Of a stretch of 64,000 bases of DNA, positions 34,344 through 45,092 are shown piece by piece. The notes under the pieces were generated by a model. It searched no databases. It was not told the origin of the DNA and saw only the letters and a list, made by a program, of their open reading frames with translations. Source of the stretch: Balanoglossus misakiensis (Eukaryota; Animalia; Hemichordata). The stretch is taken from assembly GCA_040954595.2 (NCBI GenBank), contig JBECUI020000032.1:1-64000 (forward strand), given 5' to 3'. Positions within the stretch are counted from its first letter, which is position 1, and the number at the start of each line of letters is the position of its first letter. The translations under genes and the position numbers were made by a program.

Positions 34344-34958
34344 TCAATCCCGACTTTGAGTAAACTCAACTTCCTTTAAACTGCACAGATAAGAGTCAAC
34401 AATAGCAATTGTTTTTTTCGGATCGGTTTTGGTTAAAATGGCAAGCTTAAACAAAAAAGACTGGATAAGGTCAATAAGGTGATTAACAGTCATCTCTACC
34501 GATACAGGGCGGATTTTGCCCGAGTCTATTCCCTTCTTGAGAATACGCCTTAGCAAGTAATCAAACTTCACGGTTCGGCGCCGGATGGCATTGGCCAAAT
34601 CCAAGCCCTTGTGATGCATATGAGACAGAAATTCCCGCATGCTGGTAATGAAGTTGCGATTTTCCCAACATTTGAGAAGCACATCAGAACAAATCTGCTT
34701 AATGCTATTAAGGGGATAAGCTTCCTGGGCGGCCAGAAAACGGTATTGAACCAGCAATCCATCGGTAAAGTACTTCGTTGCATAATGAAATACTTCTTTT
34801 TTATCGTGAAAATACAGATAAAGGGTTGGGCGGGAAATACCGCAGGTTTCAGCCAGCTTAGATAGGCTGGTATTCTGATACCCATTACTAGAAAAGAGCT
34901 GAAAAGCCTGGCTGAGTATAACCTCTCTACGCCGGTCATGATCAATAATTTTAGGCAT
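34344..34958 (-). CDS. TetR/AcrR family transcriptional regulator
   Basis: LF..NGY..TS..KLA..CGISRPTLYLYF.DK helix-turn-helix. Confidence 0.92.
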   Translation of the reverse strand: MPKIIDHDRRREVILSQAFQLFSSNGYQNTSLSKLAETCGISRPTLYLYFHDKKEVFHYATKYFTDGLLVQYRFLAAQEAYPLNSIKQICSDVLLKCWENRNFITSMREFLSHMHHKGLDLANAIRRRTVKFDYLLRRILKKGIDSGKIRPVSVEMTVNHLIDLIQSFLFKLAILTKTDPKKTIAIVDSYLCSLKEVEFTQSRD

Positions 34959-34982
34959 TTCTTAGGTCTTGTATTTCTCTTC

Positions 34983-36161
34983 TCAAGGCACTTGTGTGGG
35001 ATCAATATCAGCTGTATAATCTACCCCATCCCATTGGAAGCCGTGGAGCCGGAAGTAATCCTGCCGGAAGCCGTCAATATCCGTAAGGTTTTCTAGGTTT
35101 TCTGTGCTTACCGTATCCCAAAGTCCGGCAATTTCTTTCTGGACATCGCTGCGCATTTCCCAGTCATCCATGCGAACCAAACCAGAGGAATCCTGTACGA
35201 TTCCTTCAGCTCCGTAGACTTTCTGGGCCAGCATCCTGTACATCTGTTCCACACAGCCTTCATGAATTTTTTTTGACTTCATGATTTTAAACAGCAGAGC
35301 CACATAGAGAGGAACAACAGGAATTACCGAGCTTGCCCGAGTAACCACGGCCTTGTTAATAGAAACAAAGGCATCTCCTTGCAAAGAAGAGAGTAGTTTC
35401 TGCAGATCTCCGGCAGTTCTTTCCAAGTCTTCCTTGGCCTTGCCTATGGTTCCAGCCCGATAGATCACATGGGTAACCTCAGGACCGATGTAGGAATAGG
35501 CAATGGTTTTGACTCCCTCAGCCAGAACCTCACCCTCCTTAAGAGCCTCAATCCACAGAGCCCAATCCTCTCCGCCCATAACCTTAACCGTGGGCTCAAC
35601 TTCTTCATCGGCAGCAGGCTGGATTTCCACCTCGCTAACAAGGCCTTTCAAAAAATCTACTGACTTGGCTTTGTAGGGATTATTTAAGGGCTTGAGTACC
35701 GATTTATAAACTTCGCCGGTGTCGGGATCCTTGCGCACCGGAGAGGCCAGGCTATAAACCACCAGATCCACCTGGCCAAAAAGTTCCTTAATCTTGGAAA
35801 CAACCCTCTGCCGGGTTTCATGGGAAAAGGCATCGGCATTAAGGCTTTCGGCAATGAGCCCCTTGGCCTTGGCCGCCCTCTCAAAGGCAATGGTATTGTA
35901 CCAGCCCGGACTTGCGGGCTTGCGCTGTGAAGGTTCCCGTTCAAAAGAAACGTTCAATGTGCCGGCTCCTCCGCCCCAGGCAGCCACAATACGGGTAGCC
36001 AGACCGTAACCGGTAGATCCTCCAATCACCAGAACCCTCCGCGGCATTGTGAAGCTACCTTGAGATTCAACGTAACCAATCTGGTCCAACACAGCCCGGA
36101 CACAGCCGGAAGGATGAGAGGTAAGGCAGACCCCACCAATAATCTTAGGCTCAATATGCAT
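34983..36161 (-). CDS. fabV: enoyl-ACP reductase FabV / trans-2-enoyl-CoA reductase
   Basis: HPSGC, IGGSTGYGLA, NADAFS, YSLASPVR, VMGGEDW, YSYIGP, GTIGKAK, HEGC.EQ. Confidence 0.95.
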   Translation of the reverse strand: MHIEPKIIGGVCLTSHPSGCVRAVLDQIGYVESQGSFTMPRRVLVIGGSTGYGLATRIVAAWGGGAGTLNVSFEREPSQRKPASPGWYNTIAFERAAKAKGLIAESLNADAFSHETRQRVVSKIKELFGQVDLVVYSLASPVRKDPDTGEVYKSVLKPLNNPYKAKSVDFLKGLVSEVEIQPAADEEVEPTVKVMGGEDWALWIEALKEGEVLAEGVKTIAYSYIGPEVTHVIYRAGTIGKAKEDLERTAGDLQKLLSSLQGDAFVSINKAVVTRASSVIPVVPLYVALLFKIMKSKKIHEGCVEQMYRMLAQKVYGAEGIVQDSSGLVRMDDWEMRSDVQKEIAGLWDTVSTENLENLTDIDGFRQDYFRLHGFQWDGVDYTADIDPTQVP

Positions 36162-36163
36162 TC

Positions 36164-36585
36164 TCAGGCCTCCTTGTCGCCCATAAGACAGAGCCAGGAA
36201 GCTTCAACAGCCACTTCTTGACCCACATAGGCTTTGCCCTTCTGGCGTATACCCCGGGGCGTGACCTGAACATTCTCCACTTCCATACGAACCTCATCTC
36301 CGGGGAGAACCTGACGGCGAAACTTGACTTTGTCTACCGTAGCCAGAAAAAAAAGCTTATCCCCCAAAATACCGGACTGAGCCACTCCCGCTCCGCCGCA
36401 CTGGGCCATGGCCTCCACCAGGATAACCCCAGGCACCACTGGATAGTCGGGGAAATGCCCTTAAAAAAGAAATCCTCTTCCGTAAACTTCCGGGTACCGA
36501 CAATCCGTTCTTCCCCTGCCTCTATCAGTTTATCAATAAAAAGGAAAGGGGCCCTGTGCGGAAGTAATTCCTTAACATTTTTCAT
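36164..36585 (-). CDS. fabZ: 3-hydroxyacyl-ACP dehydratase (one indel near 36460)
   Basis: LPHRAPFLFID, FFKG(H)FP, VPGVILVEAMAQ, KFRRQVLPGD. Confidence 0.93.
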
Positions 36586-36591
36586 TTATAG

Positions 36592-37845
36592 CTACTCCTC
36601 AAATTTCTTGACAATTAAAGAACCGTTGTGACCACCAAATCCCAGTGAATCGGAGAGAACAGCCTTCAACTCGGCCTTACGTCCCCGATTGGGTACATAG
36701 TCCAAGTCACAACCTTCAGCAGGTTCCTCCAGATTAATGGTGGGGGGAATAAAACTATCCCGGATAGCCATGACACTAATAATGATCTCAACACCCCCGG
36801 CACCCCCTATCATATGAGCGGTCATGGATTTGGTAGAAGAAATCGCCAATTTGTAAGCATGACTGCCAAAAGCTTTTTTTATGGCCATGGTTTCAAGAGG
36901 ATCGTTGGTGGGCGTGGAAGTTCCGTGAGCATTAAGGTAATCAATCTCCTCTGGTTCCATGCCCGCATCCTTAAGGGCCTTGGTCATGCACATGGCCGGC
37001 CCTACTCCTTCTACGTGAGGGCTGGTAATGTGGTAGGCATCACACGTCATCCCATAGCCTACTACCTCGGCATAGATAGCGGCCCCCCGGTTCAAGGCAT
37101 GGTGGAGCTCTTCCAGAACCAAGATTCCTGCTCCTTCTCCCATAATAAAACCGTCACGATTCTTGTCAAAGGGACGGCTGGCCATAGAGGGAGTGTCATT
37201 GTACCTGGTTGACAAAGCCAAAAGGCGGTTAAAAGTAGCTATTCCAAAGGAGGTAATACCCGCTTCCACCCCTCCAGAAATAGCCAAATCGGCCTGACCA
37301 TAGCGAATCATATTAGTCGCCATCCCCAGGGCATCGGTGCCTGAGGCACAGGCAGTGCTCATCACACAGTTGGGTCCCATAAAACCATAGCGGATGGCAA
37401 TGTTCGCAGAACAGGCATTGCTCATCAGTTTGGGAATCGTCAAGGGGGGAACAGCCTTTATACCCTTATCAAGAAGCAGGCCAACGCCTGTCTCCATAAC
37501 CTCAAAGCCTCCAATTCCATTCCCTAAAACTACTCCAACTTGCTCGCGGTCTATAGTACTGTGCTCAAGTCCCGCATCGGTAATGGCCTGGGAAGCCGCT
37601 GCCATAGCAAACTGGCTGAACAACCCCATTTTTCGTGCTTGCTTGCGATCCATGTAATCACAGGGATCAAAATCCTTTACCTCTCCGGCAATTTTTGTAG
37701 AAAACGTACTGGGGTCAAATCGGGTAATAGGGCCAATACCACTCTCTCCGGATTTAATTTTTTCCCAAAAAGCAGCCACTGACTTAGCCAGAGGGTTAAC
37801 AGTTCCCATTCCCGTGATTACGACTCTTCGGCGTTTCATACTCAT
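36592..37845 (-). CDS. fabF: beta-ketoacyl-ACP synthase II
   Basis: RVVITGMG, TACASG, MGEGAG, NAHGTST, STKSMTAH, GFGGHN. Confidence 0.97.
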   Translation of the reverse strand: MSMKRRRVVITGMGTVNPLAKSVAAFWEKIKSGESGIGPITRFDPSTFSTKIAGEVKDFDPCDYMDRKQARKMGLFSQFAMAAASQAITDAGLEHSTIDREQVGVVLGNGIGGFEVMETGVGLLLDKGIKAVPPLTIPKLMSNACSANIAIRYGFMGPNCVMSTACASGTDALGMATNMIRYGQADLAISGGVEAGITSFGIATFNRLLALSTRYNDTPSMASRPFDKNRDGFIMGEGAGILVLEELHHALNRGAAIYAEVVGYGMTCDAYHITSPHVEGVGPAMCMTKALKDAGMEPEEIDYLNAHGTSTPTNDPLETMAIKKAFGSHAYKLAISSTKSMTAHMIGGAGGVEIIISVMAIRDSFIPPTINLEEPAEGCDLDYVPNRGRKAELKAVLSDSLGFGGHNGSLIVKKFEE

Positions 37846-37858
37846 TCCTCTTATTTAG

Positions 37859-38602
37859 CTACATCACCATTCCACCGTCCACACGTATCACCTGCCCGGT
37901 AATATAGGACGATAAGTCAGATGCCAGAAAGATAACCACCTTAGCCACATCGGAAGCCTCACCCATTCTCCCAAGTGGTATAGCCTTAGCATACTCTTTT
38001 TTGACGTCATCATGAAGTTTGTCCGTCATAGCAGTCCTGATGAATCCAGGAGCTACGGCATTTACCCGGACTCCCCGACTAGCCACTTCTTTGGCAAGAC
38101 TCTTGGTATAGCCGATAAGTCCAGCCTTAGAGGCTGAATAGTTTGTCTGCCCAAGATTACCCATCTGGCCCACAATGGATGCCATGTTAATTATGGATCC
38201 CTGGTTCCGCTTACGCTTGAGCATATAGCGTGAGACTTCTCTTCCTACCAAGAAAGCACCAGTTAGGTTAACTTTAATTACCGATTCCCATTGAGCCAAA
38301 GGCATGCGAAACGAGAGTCCATCGCGAGTAATACCAGCATTATTCACCAGCACATCCACCCCGTTTTCGGTAATCTCGGCAATCATATCAACAACTTGTT
38401 CCTCATTGGTAATGTCGCCTTGGGTAAAATTAACCTTGGCTCCAGTCTTTTTAGCCAATTCAGCCATGGCGGCCCGGTGGGGCCCCTCAGCCAAGTCAAT
38501 ATAATGAATTGAAGCTCCTTCTGCTATGCAGGCCATGATGATTTCTTTTCCGATACCCTGGGCTCCCCCCGTAACCAGTACAGTTCTTCCCTCTAATAAC
38601 AT
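37859..38602 (-). CDS. fabG: 3-oxoacyl-ACP reductase
   Basis: TGGAQGIG, NNAGITRD, YSASK, VAPGFIRT, TGQVIRVDGG. Confidence 0.96.
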   Translation of the reverse strand: MLLEGRTVLVTGGAQGIGKEIIMACIAEGASIHYIDLAEGPHRAAMAELAKKTGAKVNFTQGDITNEEQVVDMIAEITENGVDVLVNNAGITRDGLSFRMPLAQWESVIKVNLTGAFLVGREVSRYMLKRKRNQGSIINMASIVGQMGNLGQTNYSASKAGLIGYTKSLAKEVASRGVRVNAVAPGFIRTAMTDKLHDDVKKEYAKAIPLGRMGEASDVAKVVIFLASDLSSYITGQVIRVDGGMVM

Positions 38603-38906
38603 CTCCACTCCTTAAAGCACGAATAACCCATGGTCTTTAGCATCAATACCCCTCCTATACAGGGAAGCTGTGCCGATGCAAAATTGTTTTCGTTCAATGG
38701 TTTCCATAAGAATCTCAATACCCGTAAAAACCCTGACAATAAACTTTCCAGTGCAATTCCTTCTGGTACGGCCCTACCTGTCATTTCCTCATTCCTTCTG
38801 GATGGTGTAATACCCTGCCTGTTTATGGCAGGCTCTTCTTGTATCTTGCTATCCCTCTGCCTAAGGGCCTTTGTCTCTGAAAATCCAGAGGGAACAGCCT
38901 CTACCC

Positions 38907-39884
38907 TTACCATACCAGATAATTACCTCCATAGGTAAGACCCGCACCAAATCCTACAGTCAAAATTTTGTCTCCCCTCTTTAAAAGCCCCTTTTCGTCC
39001 ATCTCTTCCAAGGCCAGGGGGATGGAGGCCGAGGAGGTATTAGCATACCTTTCTATATTGATAAAATATTTCTCTAAAGGGATTTTGGAGCGCTTGGCTG
39101 CAGCGGCAATAATGCGCTTGTTGGCCTGGTGAGGAACAATGTAGGCAAGATCTTCTGCCTTCAGGTTGTTCTTGGCCATCAATTGGGCCACCACCGCCAC
39201 ATTTATCTGAACCGCAAAGTCATAAACCTGCCGCCCATCCATCGTCAGATAAAGAAGTTCCTCTGGAGTATCCTTGCCGAGAGGGGTCGATGTTCCTCCC
39301 ACAGGCATATAGAGCGCCTTGGCACCGCTTCCCTGACTGCATAGAACGCTATCAATCAGGCCATCTCCATCTTCCCGAGCTTCCATGAGAACCGCTCCAG
39401 CACCATCCCCAAAAAGAACGGCTGTACTGCGGTCTTTCCAGTTAATAATGGAAGAGAGCCTCTCTGATCCAATCACCAACACTCTTTGGCAATGCCCAGA
39501 AACAATAAGCCCACGGGCCAGTTCAATCCCATAAGGGAAACCTGTACAGGCAGCTTTGATGTCAAAGGCACCTATGCCATCCACTCCCAAATTCTCCTGG
39601 ACCAGATTGGCCACCGCCGGGAAATCTCTGTAGTCAGGAGTAATGGTGGCCACAATGATATGATCCACATCCTTGGCTTCCATGCCTCGCTTAAGAAGGG
39701 CAGAACGAGCCGCCTCGGTAGCCATGTAAGAACAAGTTTCCTTGGAAGAAGCAATATAACGGCTTTCTATACCTGTATGGGAACGGATCCATTCATCCGA
39801 AGTATCAAGACGGGCAGAAAGCTCATCGTTACTGACTTTCTGCTCAGGTACATATACCCCTACCGAAACTATACCCGCTGTCAT
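38907..39884 (-). CDS. fabH: beta-ketoacyl-ACP synthase III
   Basis: DTSDEWI..TGI, AACTGF, LFGDGAGA, PHQAN, NTSSASIP, FGAGLT; start at MTAG chosen by length. Confidence 0.96.
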   Translation of the reverse strand: MTAGIVSVGVYVPEQKVSNDELSARLDTSDEWIRSHTGIESRYIASSKETCSYMATEAARSALLKRGMEAKDVDHIIVATITPDYRDFPAVANLVQENLGVDGIGAFDIKAACTGFPYGIELARGLIVSGHCQRVLVIGSERLSSIINWKDRSTAVLFGDGAGAVLMEAREDGDGLIDSVLCSQGSGAKALYMPVGGTSTPLGKDTPEELLYLTMDGRQVYDFAVQINVAVVAQLMAKNNLKAEDLAYIVPHQANKRIIAAAAKRSKIPLEKYFINIERYANTSSASIPLALEEMDEKGLLKRGDKILTVGFGAGLTYGGNYLVW

Positions 39885-40116
39885 CTGCTGTCCCTCATTC
39901 TTTCTCGTTATCTTCAACTCCTCAGCATTATTTACAGAATTTTTATTTCTGTCAATATTGACAATCTTGATAATTGTTCTTAACCTGCTAGCCTTGAACA
40001 ATCATTAGATTTCCGAGGTTGGGGTAGGCTAACAATAAAGAAGAACCTGTTACAACCCGTTAGTGTCAAAGTTTGAACTTTTTATTCATTAAGGGAAGGT
40101 CACGAGGAACAACATT

Positions 40117-40596
40117 ATGGATAGCAATAATTCACAAGACAGTTATGCGAGTAATTTTATTATAGATAATAAAAAGATCAATGATCTTATAAGTAGATTC
40201 ATAAAAAGCGATCTTTCAGAGATGGAACTGCAGAACGGAAACTTCACGTTGAAGCTAAAACGAACACAAAGCCTTCCTCCTGCAGCCCTGACCACCATCC
40301 CTCAATCGCAAAACAAAGAACCGAAAGCCCATTCTCAACCTGAATCTGAGAATACTGAAGTTATCACCTCTCCCATTGTAGGAACGTTCTATAGAGCCCC
40401 AAGTCCCGACGCTCCTCCCTTTGTCGAGGTAGGTAAGACCATAGCTTCCGGAGATACCTTATGCATTATTGAAGCCATGAAAAACCTGAACAAACTGGAG
40501 GCTGAGCATAACTGTGAAATTGTCCTCATCCTTGCGGAAAATGGTGCCATGGTTGAATATGGCACTCCTTTATTTGAAGTGAAACGAAGTGATTAG
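40117..40596 (+). CDS. accB: acetyl-CoA carboxylase biotin carboxyl carrier protein
   Basis: [27 protein letters not shown]. Confidence 0.96.
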   Translation: MDSNNSQDSYASNFIIDNKKINDLISRFIKSDLSEMELQNGNFTLKLKRTQSLPPAALTTIPQSQNKEPKAHSQPESENTEVITSPIVGTFYRAPSPDAPPFVEVGKTIASGDTLCIIEAMKNLNKLEAEHNCEIVLILAENGAMVEYGTPLFEVKRSD

Positions 40597-41906
40597 TTCC
40601 CTGCTTATTGCCAATCGCGGCGAGATAGCTGTTCGCATCATACGGACCTGCCGGGAGATGGGCATACGCTCTGTAGCCGTTTACTCCGAAGCCGATGCTA
40701 CGGCCCTTCATGCAAAAATGGCAGATGACTCCATCTGTATTGGCCCCCCCCCCTCTGCCAAAAGCTATCTTAACCACAACGCCATCATAATGGCAGCCCT
40801 GGGTTCTGGCTGCGATGCTATTCATCCTGGGGTGGGTTTTCTCTCGGAAAACGCCGATTTTGCTGCCGCCGTCAAGGCCTCAGGCATTCTTTTTATTGGA
40901 GCCGCACCTGAGACTATCCGCCTTTTGGGAAACAAGGTCCTGGCCAGGGAAACAGCAAAAAAAGCAGGGCTCCCCCTAACCCCAGGCAGTGACGGGCCCC
41001 ATCCAGAACATCGATGCAGCATTGAAGTCCGCTCAAACGATTGGCTTTCCCCTTATTATCAAAGCCGCCGCCGGCGGGGGGGGAAGAGGTATGCGGATAA
41101 TCCGCAGTCCCGTGGAATTCGAAGAAAATATTCGTATTGCCTCGGCAGAAGCCGCCAGTTTCTTTGCGGATGGAACCATCTATCTTGAGAAGTACCTGGA
41201 ATCCCCCCGGCACGTAGAAATTCAGATTATTTCTGACGGACATGGCAAAATAATCTACCTGGGCGAAAGAGACTGCTCGGTCCAGAAGAATCACCAAAAA
41301 CTCCTAGAAGAAAGCCCCTCCACAGCAGTAAGCCCCAAGCTCCGAGAATCCATGCGCCGGGATGCCCTGCGGCTTTTCCGTCACATGGATTACACCGGAG
41401 CGGCAACCATCGAGTTTCTGGTAAAGGATGCTAAGCACTACTTTGTCGAAGTCAATGCCAGGGTTCAGGTAGAGCATCCCGTTACGGAAATGATCACCGG
41501 GTTGGACATTATCCGGGAGCAGATTCTGGCCTGTACCGAAGAGCAGCTGGACATAAAACAGGAAGATGTTTCCATGAAAGGCTATGCCCTGGAAGCTCGG
41601 ATCAATGCCCTTAGTCCCGGCAGGGTCAATGTTTTTGAAGCCCCTGGAGGACCCTTTGTCCGGACTGATACTTTCTTGTACTCTGGTTGTGAAGTCTCCC
41701 CCCACTACGACTCTCTGGTAGCCAAAGTACTTGTTAAGGCCCCGGATCGCAAAACTGGACTAGCCAGGATGTCCCGGGTCCTGAGAGAACTCCGCATTGA
41801 AGGAATTAAGACGAATCTTCAAGAACAGTTAAAAATCCTTGAGTCTCCGCAGTTCCGGAGCGGACGTTTTGGTACTGACCTATACGAACAATTAATACAG
41901 GAGTAA
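40589..41906 (+). CDS. accC: biotin carboxylase (one extra C near 41000)
   Basis: [45 protein letters not shown]. Confidence 0.95.
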
Positions 41907-41909
41907 ACC

Positions 41910-42749
41910 ATGGGAACTGACTTCTATATAAGCCGGCGCAGCCGCCCCCAAAATACTCTGCCCCAAGCTTTCTCTCGAGTAACCGATACTTCCTGCAAAT
42001 CCTGTCATCATATGATACCCCGAAAGCAACTTATCGATAACCTGCTGGTATGTCCAGAATGCGGCCTCCACATCCCCATGCATCCCTACGACCGCATTGC
42101 CACCCTTGTGGACAAAGATAGTTTTAAGGAGTTTTCAGAAGAGCTAACAAGTCTGAACCCCATTTCCATGTCGGGATACGAGGAGAAACTTTCCCAGGCT
42201 CAAAACAAGTCGGGTATCAAAGATGCTGTGGTTACCGGGACAGGAGAAATCGAAGGGAACAAGGCAATTCTGGCCATCATGTCCTTCCAGTTTTTAGGAG
42301 GGAGCATGGGATCTGTGGTGGGGGAAAAAATCACCAGGGCCATGCTGAGGGGAGGAACGGATGGCATCCCAGTTATTTTGATTACGGCCTCCGGGGGAGC
42401 ACGAATGCAGGAAGGGATTTTCTCCCTTATGCAAATGGCAAAAACCTCCAACGCTGCAGCCCTTCTTCAAAGTCTCGGCATACCCCTACTCGTCTTGATT
42501 ACCCATCCAACCACCGGAGGAGTCACCGCCAGTTTTGCCATGTTGGGCGACATAATTATGGCCGAACCTGGAGCACTTATTGGCTTTGCCGGCCCCAGGG
42601 TAATTGAAGGAACCATCAAGCAGAAGCTACCGGCCAACTTCCAAAGCGCCGAATTCCAGAAAAGCAAAGGTTTTGTGGATATTATTGTCCCCCGTAGCGA
42701 AGTAAGAGAAAAGCTTAGTTTCTTTCTTAGAACCCACAAAGTGGAGTAG
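41910..42749 (+). CDS. accD: acetyl-CoA carboxylase carboxyltransferase beta
   Basis: C4 zinc finger, GGSMGSVVGEK, SGGARMQEG, PTTGGVTAS, GFAGPRVI. Confidence 0.97.
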   Translation: MGTDFYISRRSRPQNTLPQAFSRVTDTSCKSCHHMIPRKQLIDNLLVCPECGLHIPMHPYDRIATLVDKDSFKEFSEELTSLNPISMSGYEEKLSQAQNKSGIKDAVVTGTGEIEGNKAILAIMSFQFLGGSMGSVVGEKITRAMLRGGTDGIPVILITASGGARMQEGIFSLMQMAKTSNAAALLQSLGIPLLVLITHPTTGGVTASFAMLGDIIMAEPGALIGFAGPRVIEGTIKQKLPANFQSAEFQKSKGFVDIIVPRSEVREKLSFFLRTHKVE

Positions 42750-42751
42750 CA

Positions 42752-43723
42752 ATGAACCGTACTGACATCACCAGCAAAATTGAAGAGATCGAGGCCCTGG
42801 CAAAACGGGAAAAAGTAGATATTGCCAAGGAATTAAACAGCCTGAAAGACAAATACACCATCAACAACGATGCTGCCTGGGAAAAGGTCCAAATCGCCAG
42901 GAAGATAGAACGTCCCAATACCTTAGATTACGTAAAGATTATCTGCGATGAATTTGTGGAGCTTCACGGAGACCGTCACTATGCTGATGACCCGGCCATG
43001 ATTGGCGGCATAGGCACCATAGAGGGTCAAGCCATAACGGTGATCGGCCACCAGCGGGGGCATAACATGAAGGACAACATCACCAGAAACTATGGTTTGG
43101 CCCACCCCGAGGGCTACCGTAAGGCCCTGCGCCTGGCCAAACAGGCCGAGAAGTTCCATCGCCCCCTCATTTCCTTTATCGACACCGCCGGGGCCTATCC
43201 GGGTCTAAGCTCCGAGGAGCGGGGCATTGGCGAGGCTATTGCCGTCAACCTCAGGGAGTTCAGCGTCTTAAGAACTCCCATCATCTGCTTCATTCTCGGC
43301 GAAGGTGGTTCAGGCGGGGCTTTGGGCATAGGGGTAAGCGACAAAATTTATATGCTTGAGAATGCCATTTATTCGGTAATCACTCCCGAAGGATTTGCTT
43401 CCATTCTCTTAAGAAACCCCGAAAAGGCCCGGGAAGCAGCGGGAATCATGAAGGTTACCGCCCAAGATATTCTTCAGTTCGGCATTATTCACGGCATCAT
43501 CCCCGAAGTTGCCGGCGGTGCCCATCTCAACATTCTCCCCACCGCCATGGCCATCAAAGAAACCATACTGAAAGATATAAAAACCCTCTCCAGCAAGCGG
43601 CCAGAATGGCTGATTCGCTACCGGTCTAAAAAAATTCGCGAAATAGGGCATGTCAACGAGAACAGAGAAAAGTTGCAAGACCTTTTTAAAATTTTTTCCA
43701 AACTCTGGAGCCGGAACACCTAA
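42752..43723 (+). CDS. accA: acetyl-CoA carboxylase carboxyltransferase alpha
   Basis: ELHGDR, PEGYRKALR, DTAGAYPG, GEGGSGGA. Confidence 0.97.
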   Translation: MNRTDITSKIEEIEALAKREKVDIAKELNSLKDKYTINNDAAWEKVQIARKIERPNTLDYVKIICDEFVELHGDRHYADDPAMIGGIGTIEGQAITVIGHQRGHNMKDNITRNYGLAHPEGYRKALRLAKQAEKFHRPLISFIDTAGAYPGLSSEERGIGEAIAVNLREFSVLRTPIICFILGEGGSGGALGIGVSDKIYMLENAIYSVITPEGFASILLRNPEKAREAAGIMKVTAQDILQFGIIHGIIPEVAGGAHLNILPTAMAIKETILKDIKTLSSKRPEWLIRYRSKKIREIGHVNENREKLQDLFKIFSKLWSRNT

Positions 43724-43857
43724 TGAAGATCCGCCTTGTAGACAAAGTTTATAAGAGGGCGGACAAATTTTGAAGAATTCTGCCAGGTGACAAAACGCTC
43801 TTTTCCCCCCCCCAGTCTCCCCCTACAGGATTACCGCAAAAGGAATTATCGACATTA

Positions 43858-43887
43858 TTGACTTGGATCACCATCATTTCCTATACT
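43858..43887 (+). promoter_or_regulatory. putative sigma70-type promoter upstream of psuK
   Basis: TTGACT-N18-TATACT. Confidence 0.5.
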
Positions 43888-44153
43888 AAGATTCTTCAAA
43901 AAACTATCTTCTAAAGCTAGGGAATGGGATATGTTCAGGGTTTTAAACAGTAAAAATTATCTGTTTCCTTGGTTAATGCTTTAAAAGTTAAGAAAACAAT
44001 GGGTAGGAAATGTCTTCATGGTGAATAATTTCCCTGTTTCTTTCACAGATTCTCAGGCAAGGCATAGCTTTCTTACTCCTCGTGGTACGGCGTTTTATGA
44101 CTCTCAGGAATCTGTGGCCGACGAGATCCATAAGAACAGCATGAAATTTCTAC

Positions 44154-45092
44154 GTGAGCGATAGTTCCCACACAATGGTCTGCCTTATTGGAGCGGCGAA
44201 TTACGATTTACTGGGGTTTTCAGCAAAACCTATTGTCCCAAAAGACTCCAACCCAGGAAGTATCCGCCTTGGTCTGGGCGGAGTCTGTAGGAATGTTGCT
44301 GAAAATCTGGTTCGTCTCGGCATTGATTCCAGGCTGATATCCGTTATTGGCGATGATATACATGGAGACCTGATCAGGCGTCAATGCCACAGTATTGGCA
44401 TTGATATACAACACTCCTTGTTTTTAAAAAACCGACTGTCATCAAGCTACATGGCCATAATGGATCATAAGGGCGATATGGTCTTAGCCCTATCGGACAT
44501 GAGCATTGTGGACGAACTAACCCTAGAGTTTATCCAAAGCAAACAAGAGCTTATCCATGCCGCAGAAGCACTTGTCCTTGATACCTGTTTACCCCAGGAA
44601 ATCATCGATTTTATTCTAACGGAATTTTCTTCAAAGCCCATCTTTATTGATCCGGTTTCCGTTGGCAAGGCAAGGAGACTCAATAATGTTCTTGACAAAA
44701 TTCACACCCTGAAGACCAACAAACAAGAGGCTGAGATATTGTCGGGAAAAACCATCCGTAACAACACCGATCTTGATCAGGTATCCTTGTATTTTCTGGA
44801 GAAGAAAGTCAATCAGGTGTTTATTACCCTGGGTTCCGAAGGTGTCCATTATAGAAACCACGCAGGTTCCGGCCTTCTTGCTTCTTCTCCGATAGAAGTT
44901 GTTAACACAACAGGAGCAGGTGATGCTTTTATGGCAGGCCTTGTCTTTAGCTTCCTGAAGGAGTATTCCATGGAGGAAACCCTGCATACGGCCCTGGCCG
45001 CATCCATGCTTACCCTAAGAAGCGCAACGGCAGTATCAAAGGACATGAGCGTAAAAAATCTTGAATCCATTGTAGGAGAGAATCGACAATGA
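44154..45092 (+). CDS. psuK: PfkB-family kinase, probable pseudouridine kinase
   Basis: GGVCRNVAENL, DPVS, NTTGAGDAF; coupled to psuG. Confidence 0.85.
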   Translation: MSDSSHTMVCLIGAANYDLLGFSAKPIVPKDSNPGSIRLGLGGVCRNVAENLVRLGIDSRLISVIGDDIHGDLIRRQCHSIGIDIQHSLFLKNRLSSSYMAIMDHKGDMVLALSDMSIVDELTLEFIQSKQELIHAAEALVLDTCLPQEIIDFILTEFSSKPIFIDPVSVGKARRLNNVLDKIHTLKTNKQEAEILSGKTIRNNTDLDQVSLYFLEKKVNQVFITLGSEGVHYRNHAGSGLLASSPIEVVNTTGAGDAFMAGLVFSFLKEYSMEETLHTALAASMLTLRSATAVSKDMSVKNLESIVGENRQ

